Assembly (NCBI GenBank): GCA_036172245.1
Contig: JAYWIR010000026.1
Span: forward strand, 1,426,001 to 1,490,000
Reading direction: 5' to 3'
Length of the DNA stretch: 64,000 nt
Source: Raillietiella orientalis
Lineage: Eukaryota
Shown here one piece after another: positions 13,241 through 26,506 of the stretch (position 1 is the first letter of the stretch; each line of letters begins with the position of its first letter). Position numbers and translations under genes: made by a program. The notes under the pieces are model-generated. The model was not told the DNA's origin. It saw only the letters and a program-made list of their open reading frames with translations, and made no database searches.

Positions 13241-14110
13241 ATGCAGCCATTTAGTAACGAAAATGAATCAAATGAATCTTCCAAAGATGTTCCTTGGTGG
13301 CTGAGATATGGTGGTCGTGGAGCAGGTTGTATTACAGGCGTAGGTACGTTAAAATTCACGTGTTGATATTTGAAATATGAGTTTTTGGCACATTTTAGTT
13401 GCCTTGGTGCTTGGTATTTTCAACTGTATAACTTTATCCCCAATTTGTATGGTAGCTGGAGTTTGGCAAGTGTAAGTTGGCTCTTTTCACAAGTTATAAG
13501 ATATGCTCCTTGTTTTGATTAATCAGAATGTAGCTCTTGTTTGCATCAGTGTAGCATCATCTGAATTCAGTGTGTGATGTATAATGTATACATATCTTGC
13601 AGCATTAATTTAACAATGAAACCATAATGAAATTTGAAATTTAAATTAAGCTTCTGTTCAAAACTACTTTGTAGGATGGCTGCATTTGTAGTATTAGTGC
13701 TTGAGGCTCCATGTCTATGTATGTTTTTGGATTTTGTTCAGAAGTTTAGTGATTGGATGGATAAACGTGAATATTGGAATAAAGCTCTCCTGTATTTACT
13801 GTTAGTATTCATGGATAATTTTTTTCCACTACCTAATATTTGGAATAGGATTTCTATGCCTGCTGTTATACTGTGTGCAGGATTGTCTACTCTAATTGGA
13901 AGTGGACTTATATTTGCTACAGGAGTCATCTATGGAATGATGGCATTAGGCAGAAAGTGATTTATTCATATATCAATGATACATAATTTGTTTTTGTTAC
14001 TTTTCAGAGCAAGTCGTAGTGACATGCTAGCAGCTGCTAGCACTGGTTGGAGAGCTCGTTCACAAAAAAATTCACTAGTCGATGATCCAGATGTGTGGAG
14101 AGCCACATAG
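13241..14110 (+). CDS. fwe: Calcium channel Flower homolog (CACFD1/fwe), 170 aa, 5 exons: 13241-13343, 13399-13471, 13675-13800, 13849-13956, 14008-14110
   Basis: All introns are GT-AG and phase-consistent. The protein reads DVPWWLRYGGRG...CMVAGVWQVMAAFVVLVLEAPCLCMFLDFVQKFSDWMDKREYWNKALLY...[26 protein letters not shown]...DDPDVWRAT*. The LEAPC motif and DPDVWR C-terminus are typical of arthropod Flower. AATAAA at ~14189. Confidence 0.93.
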
Positions 14111-15997
14111 CTCTTTTGTCATGTCATATTCTTTGTCACCTTTGAAACATATATGTATTTTATTTTATTTATTCTTTTGCTGCAATAGAATAAATGTTTT
14201 ATTAGTTAAAGGAGAACACTGCCTTGCAGTCTCAGCATTTGGTGTTTTGTAATGTTTTCTGTTCATATGAACTGGCAAAGTGCTGCTGCTTCCATTCACA
14301 ACATCAGTACCAGTATTATGGGTGGATCCCTAATGGCAATGATGATGATATTTTAGTAGCTTTGTTAACTTGACTTTCTCCCCTGCACTGTATGCCTTTG
14401 TGAATCAATGCAATGCAAGTTAAATCATTTGTAGAGTGTCCAGAGGACATCTGTTGGAAAACTGAAGATGCACTCTGAAGCAAAAATTGAAAGATGAAAA
14501 ATTGTTTCTTAAGAATCAATTTTTTTTACTAAAAATAGTGGATAGCAAAGTGTATTGTTTAAAAAACCTCTTCAACAAATGTTCAGCACAGACTAAGATT
14601 CTAAAACACAAACACTATGAACCCAATAATCATTAAATGATTGTATAAATGTTTAGCCAACAATATGGGTACATTCATATTTCTTGATTTGTACAGGTTC
14701 CTTATTTACAAAGCAAAGCTATTTGACAAACTACTGTATGTCAAATAGCTCTGCTTTGTAAATCCAGCTATAATCTCCGGCTATTTGTTCATGAATTCAT
14801 GCCATAAATTGGCTTAAAACTGAAAAAGGAATATACATTTCTCATATCCAAAAAGAAATGCAGCAGTAAGAGCTGGGTAATCTGCTATTTCAAATCTCAT
14901 TATGTACCTTGTTATTTTGGATTCTGTTCCACAAATGCACTGATGATTTCATTTCCTGCGTAACTGATTGCCAGCAGGTGCACATTAATAGAAAAAAAAA
15001 ATCTAAACATTTAATTGCAGGGACCATAAAGTATGTCGCATGATGTTTCAGGTGACCTGTTTCACAATATCGGCTACCACAAAAAAGTTTGAAAAAAAAT
15101 GATACAAGCAAACATGAAAACTGAGTTATGCTGGTGTACCTTGAGTTAAGGCATAGGAAAATTTTCAAGATACATTTAAGTCCTCGTGGAATTGAATTTA
15201 AGATCTCTGAGATTTGTTTGCTCTATTCTTCACTATCTGTGCATACAAAGCAAACCATAAAATCTAAACCTCGTTGGCATGTATGAAATTTTAACTGCCA
15301 CCTCATACTAAAATTTTACCACTAAATTTGAAGAACTGCTATTTTCCAAATAGTTCACGAAAGAACTAAGCATTAAAGCATACATATATGACATTACGTA
15401 ATCGTTATTGCATTAGTTTGACCTCTCGCTCTATCACAATCGTTTCTTGTCTTTTGCTGCTATGAAACGTGGCTTCCTGAATCGATCGAGCAAGAGAGCA
15501 TGCCATCTTAGCAGCTTACGCAACTCTTTATGTGCGAACGATTCCTTCGACAAAGTATTGATACAGTGCTACCAGGTTATTAAGCGAGAACTGTGAATAT
15601 TTCTTTCAATCCATGTTGAGATCAGACTTAATCGATGGAATGATTTGATGACCTTTTCTAGCTATTCCAAATTTTCTGTCAACGCACTATCCACTCGTTT
15701 TCCTGTTTCCACTTTTTTCAGTGTGTATCCATCTGATTGTGATGTTTCTTTTCCTAAACACAAATATCTCCAAAAATAAAAACCGGCTTCCATGTGTTTA
15801 TGACGAAGATGAATAAGTGGGAGACTGTTGATATGATTTTGCTTTTGTAACTCTTTTATACCAAGTCTCAGAAACCTAGATTTTTGTTACACCCAGGAAA
15901 TGATATGAGGAGCCTTTCTTTGGAAAACAACTAAGATTGTTTCTCGGGTCTTAGATGTTCATGATATACACATTCATTAAACTGCTAGCCTATTACA

Positions 15998-16040
15998 CTC
16001 ATTCAGCCTGTTGTACTCTCATTCAGCCTGTTGTACTCTC
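15998..16040. repeat. 20-bp tandem duplication (CTCATTCAGCCTGTTGTACT x2)
   Basis: Exact adjacent repeat seen in the sequence. Confidence 0.9.
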
Positions 16041-19000
16041 TGTCTGATTCATTCCAAAGTGGGGCTCAGAATTAGATCAAATAACGTTGCTCTAATTTAA
16101 ACCAAGATAATTCGTTAGGGTTCCAGATGCTATCTTTGTTTTTCACTTCCATTTGAAAATAAATGCATTGGAGCTTTATTTTCAAATGGAATTGGTGCCT
16201 TCCATACCTACGTAAAATGCTTTTCACAATTCACAACGATGCACACTCTATTTTGAATTTTCTATTCCATATGCATATATGCTGCATATATATTTCTAGG
16301 TCGAAGAACATGTGATAAACTTTAGTATATACCCGTTATCTTCCATGATACAGACGGATAACTTGCGAACAATCTGTAGACTACATCTGTAGACATTTTA
16401 ATAACAATCTCTTCTATGAGCATCTTAATTCTACATATCTGTTCAAAACATCCTCTAATTACCAGTAGTGCATTGGACTCCAACACAAGACTTGCAAAAG
16501 TGAGATACTTTATGCAAGGAAAGTAAGCAATTTTCCGCTAGATTTTGTGATTGAGACCATTAGCTTATTGGAAATTGCACATGTGCTTGCAACCAATACC
16601 ATAGGTGACAATTCTCATGTGAAGTATCACGCATGTTTTGTAAGTTCTGATTTCATATGAATAAAATGGTCCATTATTCTTTGGAAACCTTAAACGAATC
16701 CAAATGATCTTAAAGTATTTTAAGATCTCTTTCCGCACAAATATTTTTATTTCATGTGTGATTTAGAAACTTCATGATGATCTTTGACGTTGTTAAAATC
16801 TCATAAAGAGTACCTCTCCAATGATCTTTAGATGAGCAAATGTATGGAAATATGCTTTGTACTACTAAAATAGGAAATGCTCCTCGTTGCACATCAAATC
16901 CTCAATCAATCAAATACATAAGATATAGGCAAACATTTCCGATCATTGCTGAGGAATAAATATCTGTCATCTTGCGATCTCATTTTTGTTGCATCAGTTT
17001 CATGAATTTATAGGCAATCGCAATATATCTGTATTTGAACTTTGCTTTTTATGATTTGAGTTTTGGAATTATTCAGACATGCTTTGACCACTGGATTATC
17101 ATGGTATTATCAGTTGACCAGTTTTCAATGTTTGCCATATGCAGAAATGAAATGAATCATCACTCAAAAAAGAAGGCGGACTCCGATGCTAAGACGACAC
17201 GAGCAATAAAAAAATTCAAGGTGATCTGTGCAAATATATTTTCACGAATGCGAGCTAATTGATAAACAAAAGTGTGAGTGTAATCTAATTGTTCCATCAA
17301 ATTGCAAACAAGGAAAGTTCTTGAGATCATATTAAGAATCGCCCCTTATGAACAGGTTTTGATGCCGTCACTTTAATCAAGATGATTAGAGGTTTCCCTG
17401 GCTTCAGGACGATTGTGCTGCATTCCAGACCGTACAAATGATGAATGGAATGACGTGCTTACTATGTGGCATATGTTTCAGCTGGACGGTTGGCAAAAAC
17501 AGTCTCAGTCTTAAAGTTCAGTGTGGGATATTTTGTGTAGATTTGCTGTAGTTTGCAATCTGAGTAGATTAAATGCTATCTCGGTGCCACCACCTCTTAT
17601 TTTGTGGTTTAAATTTTAAAAGATACGATTAGACAGTGGATAGCAATTGGATTGCTTTAGTTGTTTCTGCCACCATAGCATGCTGATATAGGAAGAATGC
17701 ACAAGAATTAAAGGTTTTCATGGCTTAAAAAAATTACCAGTCAGAACATGTTTGTTTGTCAGTATTTTGAACACTTCCAGCGCTTACGTGGAATTCAGAC
17801 TTTGGGTAAAATACGAACAAGTTGGAATGATAGCTGTTAATTAGAAGACTTATTTCACCCATTTTTAGGAGAATCACTTTTAATGATATTTCTCCAATAA
17901 GGGGAGATATACCTTTGTGGTAAGTGGAATCAGCTTTGGAATCCTTCTCAAGAGCTGATTTCAAAGTGTTTCTGAACTGGAAAAATCCGACAAGTTTGTG
18001 TCCGAAACCCGTTTTAATTCAATTTCAACCTATTCTGCTATTCCTTTATTATTTAGAGAGAGCAACCTTGAAACCTGAGCTTTCATGCAAACTACTGTGG
18101 AAATTGTTTAATAGAAGCTGAACTTACACATGACTAAGATGAGATACCGGATTGCATCTCATCTGCATGATTTAGGGAAGTAGGGTCCTAAACATCGCTC
18201 ACAGTGACCATCTTTTCCTTGCAGCTGATTTGCATGGTGCTACTGTTCCTTCTTCAATTGATTGAAAATAAGAGTAGAATTTGTTCCCATCAACTTTATT
18301 TTTGTTCTGTTGTGGAATCGAAATAGGCGACCTATAACAAACCGAAAAATGTTAAAATTGCAAAGCAGCTTTCCTTCTTCTCCTGGCTTGCATTTCTCAA
18401 TCCAACCTTCCAGCCAAATTTTCGGCATTGCACGTCGTCATAGACTGACGACCCTGAATTAAGTAAATAGCGAATAAAAGAAGAGACTTGGCGCGTGGCA
18501 GACGTAGAACATGATAGATTCTGGTATCGCTTCCAGGAAACTCTGGAACCCCTTCTTCCTGACGGAGTGAGGTTCGTCAGGTAGTACCATCCGCCTCTGC
18601 AGCTCAAACCGGTGAAGCAGATGAGAAACATAGTTACGGGTGGCGGAAGGATGTTCAAATGGTTCGTTGTCGTTTCCAAGCAGGATTCCAAGCAGTCAAC
18701 AACTTAGACAAACAGAGTAGCACGATCACCAGGAGCATCCTTGGAGCAGTTGCGGAACCAGAAAAGTTCCATCACTCACGGCATATTGGGTGTATGGTCT
18801 AAGAGACCCGGAGAACGACTCGAGCGGACTAGACGAAGGTGGTGAAAGATAAGCTGTTCGCAAATAACTGCGTTGAAATAATTCTACTTCCTGAACATAA
18901 CTGCAGTTGGGAATACGCAAAGCACAGTAGCGGCGAACCGTGCACCTGACCACGAGACAAAAAAGAAACAGCGATTGAACTTGGTTTGAGATCTTATCGG

Positions 19001-19773
19001 GACCTCTTGTACGACGTGTCACAATATATGTCAATCTTGCTTGTCACATGCTCAAAACCACTTTTTCCACTTGGTGTATCAGTAAGGAACAAACAGGCGA
19101 TAAATGAAATTAGCATCTTACTTCTCCTGAGAATGTTTCATGGTGAGGAATTGGTTGAGCGATGAGCTGTTTCATAATTTCGCTGATTTGCAAAGACAAA
19201 GATGCCTAGTTCGTAGTAGACATCCTAGGAAGTTCATCTATAGTACATTGCAGTTACTGTAGCTGATCGAAAAGGAAACGGAAGGAAATACTCCTCTGTG
19301 ACTGGAGAATGTACAAAACGGAATATTTGTGGGGACATAGGGAACATCCCCAAATACCGACTAACCATGGTTTCATGCTACCGCCATCTTCAGCTGGAGG
19401 TAGCATGAAATGACCTTTATTCAAATTCCTGTAGTTCTAGAATTTCCCGGTACTTTCCTTGCCTTTTTTCCCTTTCTAAATTCGAGAGCAGTTTTGTCTT
19501 CTAACAAATGCATTAAATTTCATGTTTATGAAATAATACTGGGAACCCATGTATAGCGTTTATTCAAACCATGCTTTTGAGCCGAGTGTGATATTTGTTT
19601 AGGTAGCAGTTGATATTTTTTATTGAAATGTCTTCCATTTGAAGATAGGCACCTGTCTGTTGTAAAGGCTCATATAAGTGCATCTCGAAGCACGGAAGGG
19701 TCGTCTGACATTGCCATTGGCAGGGTCCACATCGACCATTCTATTATGCAGAATCTGATGGCTGTTGTGTGTT

Positions 19774-21116
19774 TTATTTTCCACCACTGGAGGAATCCTT
19801 AATTTGATTAAATTGACTGTAGTGGTCGAGCACGATGCTAAGAAGGTAAATGTCTGTCGTGAGTCGGAGTAAAAGGTAAACCGTTATGCAGCACAGTGAT
19901 CCGAGAAAATTTTCGTACTCTTCCTTAGTGACATTCGTCTGATCTCTTGGAGGTAAAATGCAGCAAGCCAACTGAATCATCGTGCATAAAATAATCAGTA
20001 TAATAACCATTCGGATCGTCATGAAGGTCAGCCATGCAGAAAACCATTGCCAGGTATTCTGAAGAAAAACATGAAATGAAAAACAGACGTTTAAAAACAC
20101 GGAAGAATCCAAAGAATGCTTTCAGAATTATCATCAGTCAAGGGTGGTAGGTTAGGTCTGCATCGCAATCACAAAAGGACGAAGGAAGAGAGTCAGTAAG
20201 AGAAACAACAGACTAGAACTAAAGTTCAAACTTCTCTGGTATTTCGAAATGGCAGGGCAGCACATGTATATGGTTAAATCACTCTGCGTTCGAAAAAAAA
20301 AAAAATTATTGCAAACTCGAGAGAAAAAGCACATAGTCGGCCACTGCAAAGTGTTTTCATTTTTGGCTTTTACAAGAATCTAAAGATGGAGCTTAGGCAA
20401 CGGGAAAAATGACAGATACATAGAGTAAGTAGCCAGTCACTCTAGAGATGTCTTCTCTCGAGTTCCGAAGAGGCTGATTAAGGAGGAGAAATTTACACCA
20501 GAATGATGAATCAAAGTTCTTCCGGAAAACGGAAAATCACAATGATCTGGAGGATCAAATTGGGGGAAAAAAATGTGGGTGAAGATCCAGAAATTCGCGA
20601 TGAAATGGCAGTGAAAAACTTCCACGTTCATCCGAGCACTGGAACTGCATAAAGTACGACTTACCACATAAGTAGCAGCTATCAAGATAAGACCAGCTAT
20701 TTTCGAAGTTGGACCTCCCTGAAAAGACAGCAGATTTTGGCAATAGAATGTGCAACGGTTAAATATTTTGTTTTTTTCTAAAAAAAAGATGGATCCGGAT
20801 AATGCATGTGTCTTGAAGTATATTCGGAATAAGAGAAAACAACAGATTAGCTGTTTCAGACTTACAAGAATCAGTTGAAATATTGCTACAGCCACAACTT
20901 TATCGATGTTGGTCTCCAACATAGTAATTTCGGAATAATATTCCTAACGCATAGATGTTCATTCATGAGATTCCGCCCATTTCGCTGAAAATTTAAATCC
21001 AAAATGGTAAGAGAGTATTCCTCTTTTCTTTCTGGTCTGTCGGAGTTTCCATAGTGATATAAAGCCTTGGGCATAGGTGTCTTGAGTGAAACCATGTTTA
21101 CTGCTTCAAGGTCCAT
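19774..21116 (-). pseudogene. Probable disrupted multi-pass (LAPTM/DUF4728-like 4-TM) membrane protein gene
   Basis: Exon-like segments have good splice sites: ..KVVAVAIFQLIL|gtaagt (ends 20866), cag|GGPTSKIAGLILIAATYV|gtaagt (20718-20665), and a terminal cag|NTWQWFSAWLTFMTIRMVIILIIL...YLLSIVLDHYSQF...* (~20059-19774). Joining them needs a frameshift and passes internal stops. The family call is tentative. Confidence 0.3.
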
Positions 21117-22137
21117 TAAGTGAATTTTTGCTCGTTACCTGATAAATAAAAAGGTTGAATGGCTCCTGATAAGTGATGATCTACAAGATAGCTTTCCATG
21201 GAACCCTCTTTTTTAATGGAGCCTCGGCAGCATTAGAGAAACATCCTTCCATTCTCTTCGGTCTTGAATCAATCTTTGTTTTCTTACAAACACATTAATC
21301 TTGAAATGATTTCAAAAAAGGATCAAGATGCGTTCCTTTTTCTTTTTGCTCTTTCAAAGGACAGTCAAGTATACTTTTGTCATGGAACCAAAGCAATCAA
21401 AATTCTTGATGACGTCGTTGTGCCTACCAGGATCTGCATTTTCATCAGCAAAGCGTGTAGTTCGTGAGAACTGGAAAAAGCCCCACAGAATTTCAAGTGG
21501 CGATTCTACAGGAAAGTCCATTATGAATGGAAGAAACCGTAACTGAGTGGTCATGAAATAATTGCAGAGAAAGATAGAGCTCGAAAGTTGTAGCACATTG
21601 CAAATTCGGTTACAGCGTATGATTCATGGTGAATAACCGCTGTTCCTATATCTTGGAAATGAACAGACGAAACTGCTCCTTGTTCCCAGCTAGTTCCCCG
21701 TTACCTTAGAATACTATTACAGATAAAACCCACGATGAATAAAAGAATGTGATCATGAAATTTCCATGTAGTGGCCACTGTCATATGAATGCAATGGATG
21801 AAAAAACTTCTATTCTTAATGCATTTACCAACAGAATCATTCTTTCTGTATTCATTTTTCAATGTCTCTGCGGAAAGAGTTCATGAAAGATATGAAAAAC
21901 CATTAAGATAAGAAATAAAGGAATAGAGCAACTGGCATCGTGAATTAGGAAGTGTTTTTTCGAGCTAAGCCTTGAAGCTGTGGAATACACGGGAAGAAAT
22001 GTGTGCAAGAATATAGTGAAGCTGATTACCTGGAAGGTTCAAAGAACCAAAATGGTTTTTTTCTGTTTTTTTCCCTCCTTACAATCAGTGTCTGCAAATG
22101 TGCACGTGCGCGCGCACACACGCACATGCACACAAAA

Positions 22138-22164
22138 ACGAAAGATATCCACAAAACACACACA

Positions 22165-22199
<35 letters not shown>

Positions 22200-22212
22200 A
22201 AAAAACACACAG
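22138..22212. repeat. (CA)n microsatellite plus poly(A) run
   Basis: Directly visible. Confidence 0.9.
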
Positions 22213-23826
22213 AAACAGCAAAACAGGAACACAGATTCAAAACAGAGTAATATGAGATTGCAGTGGAGATGAGAGCAGCTGCGAATCCGGAAAAACAAGC
22301 AAAGTGCACTTTTCTTCTTTGGAATAAAGTGATGTTGTGACGAATCAGCGCAACGAACGTCAGTGGAGAAATACAAATAGCACAAACCTCAGTTTTCCAT
22401 TTATGCTTTCACGCAAATCTGAAAAAAATCCAAAGATTGTCACAACTTCATAAATAAATCCGATGCTGATTACACAGCCGATGTATGTTAGTTATCAAGG
22501 TACATTTTATCTTGTAAAACTTCCGAAACTGCCTTCAGTATGCCCAGTTCGATCTGCCTGTCTACGTGCCGTGTACATATACACATCTCTTTTGTGTCAA
22601 GTCACATGTGTCCTCGTAGAATTTATGCGGGTATGAGTTTGCGATGACCTTAATTATGGTTATCGATTTTATTTGCAAAACGACAATGCTACGTACAAAA
22701 TCAAGAGAGCCAAGACTGTAATGCAGTTGCAATGCTAATCGTACAAAAAAAAAAAAAATGGTTTTCCGACTGGTTTTCCATCCCACTTTTAAGGTGTTTC
22801 AGACAAATTCATTTCCACCTTTAGTTCAACATGCTTTTCCGAAAAACCTGATTTCGAGAGAAGCATGAGTGATTAGAGATTTGATTATAAAAGCTCGGGT
22901 CACTTTGCCTTCCCATTATCAAGGCAGCAAGCAAATTTCCAGAATGCAATGCCCCATTCATGTGTTTATCTGGCGATGCAGCAAAAACATATTCTTCAGG
23001 GGCAGGAAGGAACGAGCTGGTATTTGAGCATAATCTGTACAGCTGCAAAATAAATCACCGATAAGTCCGTGTTTCTGTCAAAAGTTCGCTGCAGGTAAGG
23101 AATAAGTTTTCGAAAACGAGGAGGAATGCAGCTTCTGAGCAATTTCTAACTCTCACTTTGCTCTAAGAGGAACCACACGATAAGCTGGGGGAAGCTGCCA
23201 ACACTGATGACCGAGCAGGCAAGAGATATAAATCGGAACGCAGATGGCAAAGGTGCGTGTGGATGCTGTTGAAGGAATGCTGCGTCAAAAACTGTGATCA
23301 CTGCCTCTTGAAGATAAAAGGATTTGTATGATGCTTATGGAGAAATAAGATAACAAAAGGGAAAATTAGATTAGTCCACAGTTTGCGTATATAAGCCGAA
23401 GCAGAGCAAGAGATAACATTATTTGGGTGCATCGCGTTACCAAGACGATTGATCTCGCCGTGAGATTGTGATGTGACTTTCGATATATGCAAATCCAACA
23501 GAAGTATAAGTCTTGTTCATATAGGCCGAATGCTTGTTTGCTTCGCGATAACATTTTAAAAGGGCAACGGTTGCATATTTTTTTTTTTCTCAAATAAGTT
23601 ATTTCACTGGGTTTAAAATGTATTAAATGACTACCGATTTAGCACAAACGATTTTCCCTTAGTTGGTTTGAACATGCGTTCCCAAGTATCTGGAATAATG
23701 TTTGAAATTCGTTTTTTTTTTTCTTTCTTTGTTTCATTTTGTTTTCGAGTACAACGTGAATGTAATGAACGTTCTTCCTGAATAGCGAAATTTACGAACC
23801 AAATTTGCCATTCGATTTTTTGAGAA

Positions 23827-26157
23827 ATGGGAGAAGGAAAAAACAAAGCTATCATTCATACCGGAAACATTCTAAACCTAAGTGAACTAACATTAAAAGC
23901 GGGTAAAATGACTACATCACAGGAGGTATGCAACGTGCCAGAAAGTAGCAATTTTATTTAAGCAACTTCAGATCGCAGTGTGCCTGAGTGCAACTCTTGT
24001 GAATTTATCACCATCCTGCATTAAGGATTCAGGAACACTAATTGAAGTATGAATAAGATAAAATTTGTATTCCATTCTTTTCTTAATGTACAATTTGCAG
24101 ATCGATAGTGTTGATTATTCGGCAAATGAAGAAGATATTCTGTGTGCAGAAGAATATAATAAGGATTTGAAATTTATTGCAAAGTTTTTCCTCCGTTCCC
24201 ACAATGTAGATGCTTTGGACCAGGCCATGAATCAAGGTATTGTATTAATTCAGAATGCTTTCCAACATACGTTAGGATTCTGTTTTGAATACGAATTCCA
24301 CTGAATGATTGGTTCTGCTGGAAGAACTTTGACTCATTGTTTTGTTATATGCATTTTCGTATTTGAAAATGCACAAGTGTGTATTATGTATTTAAGCATA
24401 AATACTTGCGTAATTGTGATCACATATGCAAGTATGTTCACATCATCAGGGTGCCAATATTTTTAAATATGTATGCTTGGTACTGAAAAATAGCCAACCA
24501 TCAACACAGAAGCATCTAGGAAAGTGTATAATCAGTGTTCGGATTTTAAGGCTTTAATAATTAAATCTTGAGTCAACAAACAAGTTGATAAGCTATTATG
24601 ACTTGGTGTCTGGATAATAATGGAAGTAATGATCATTTAGAAGGTATATGATTGGTAAACCATTGATTTATCATCTTAATTAGATCCAGTTGAGGATATT
24701 AACTTGAATGCAGATCTTGTGATTTCTATTTTCTAAACTTGGAAAAGGAAGGTTGCATTGAAAAGCACTTTGGAAGATGAAAAAGGGAAAAATTCGGACA
24801 CATCTATATACCTTCTAAATGAGAATGCAGAAAGAAGTTATGAAACTTTAGTAGGTCCATTGGACTATTAGCATTGTAAACTTATGAGTCATCAGCCCCT
24901 AATTTTACAATATGGGCATGAAATGTACACATAGCTTGTCAAGAACCACATCAAGAGTACACTCTTGATGTGCTTCTCAGTAGAGTGTGCAGTTGCAACA
25001 ATGTACAATGCGCTGATCACTTAATTCCTAACTTGTTTAATTCCCATGCATGCTTAAATACCAAATGATTTAAATATAAAAATCCAACTTTCATCATAAC
25101 TGAATTTGAAATTTGAAGTTCTCGTAGATTACATCAGCAATCCACCATTTTAGTTCTTGCTGTAGCACAGCATATGCTGACATTTGTTGCTTGCTTATGT
25201 TTCCAATACTCTTAAACAAAAAATTAGACTACATATAAAAAGCTAGACTAGTTCTTTGTTTTATGGTAGTTTTCATTCTTCATTTCTTGATTTATTCATA
25301 CGGCCTTATGACAAATTGAATTGTTTCTCTATCATTAGTGACATAAGAAAGTAGGATCTAAAATAATAAATAAGTGATAATTTACACCATTGTGTGAGAC
25401 AGAAGCAAAACAAATTTGGGTTTATTATTTGTGAATTCCTTGTTATGCAGAGTTGTGTGTTTGTATATAGAGCAAGTGATTTCTATCAAGTTCTGTGTAT
25501 TAACTGTTACATAGTGTTTGCCTTGCGCCAGAGAGCATTCAAAGGAATTGATATGGTGGAAAGTTGGATTCTGTCTCTGCCTAACAGTTTTCAAGATGAA
25601 CTATGTTTGGAAAAGATTAAACCTCTTTGGGAAAGGATGGAAAGTTCTTATACTTGGAGTGGCAAAGTCCATTTAGGCATTAGTGGTATCAGCATTGAGC
25701 TCTTGAAGGAGCTTTATGATTGGGCAAAGGTGAATTTTTATTGTTGTTTTGATCCTGTTTCCATGTTAATTTAGATCAAGCCCAACACTGTTTCTATAAA
25801 TTTGTCTTTTTGCTGCATGGTGCCTTCTGATTTGCAGGACTTTGCCAGTGCTCACAACATGCAAATTCTTACACACAATGATCCCAGTGGTAATTAAATT
25901 TTGATACTTTTATATCTGTGAATAAATTCTATTTTTCCTGAGAGAATGTGAACAAATCATTGCAAATGTCTCACTATCAATATTTTCTAGATATTCTATC
26001 CCAGGAAGATTTGCACTCAGCTTTAGCCATGTGCCCATCGTTGTTCACAGAGCCTGCTGATTGGGTGACTGATTGGGTGGCTCGCTATGTTGTGCTGATG
26101 CAAAGTCGTAGCATAATAAAACTCAAAGGATATTTTGTGGCAATCAGCAGTCTTTAA
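23827..26157 (+). CDS. GCLM: Glutamate-cysteine ligase modifier (regulatory) subunit, 268 aa, 6 exons: 23827-23925, 23972-24046, 24101-24236, 25515-25729, 25775-25889, 25991-26157
   Basis: Phase-consistent GT-AG splicing. The motifs HTGNILN, LWERME...LGISG...ELYDWAKIKPN..INLSFCCMVP.DL..FA..HN.QILTHNDP and WVARYVVLMQSRSIIKLKGY match metazoan GCLM. AATAAA at 26229. Confidence 0.94.
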
Positions 26158-26506
26158 TAAGACCTCACTTTATGCAAAAAAACAAAGATACAGAAATACA
26201 AGGAGGACACTATTGGGATCCAATGGAAAATAAATGCTTGTTTTATTACCGTGGTAATATTGGCAGGTGGGATTGGCCAAGGGCCACTGAATCAAATCGT
26301 GAGTAAATGTGTCGATTTCTCACTCAGAAGCTTTCATCCAGTATTTTTTTCTTTGTTATCAGCTTGGATTGCCAATTTTGGAAGTTGACTTGAGGATAGA
26401 TGTCTAATCAGTTTCGTAGTAGCTTCAAAAGATAGGGTTTCTTGGGGCTCTTTGCCTTGCTCTTGGCTTTCTTTGTGTGAATGCAGTTCTCTTTTTCAGC
26501 TTTGGT

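Noticed and set aside
23204..23240. CTGATGA followed by a CCGA/TCGG stem (hammerhead-like)
   Set aside because: The required GAAA after stem II is absent and there are no convincing stems I or III.
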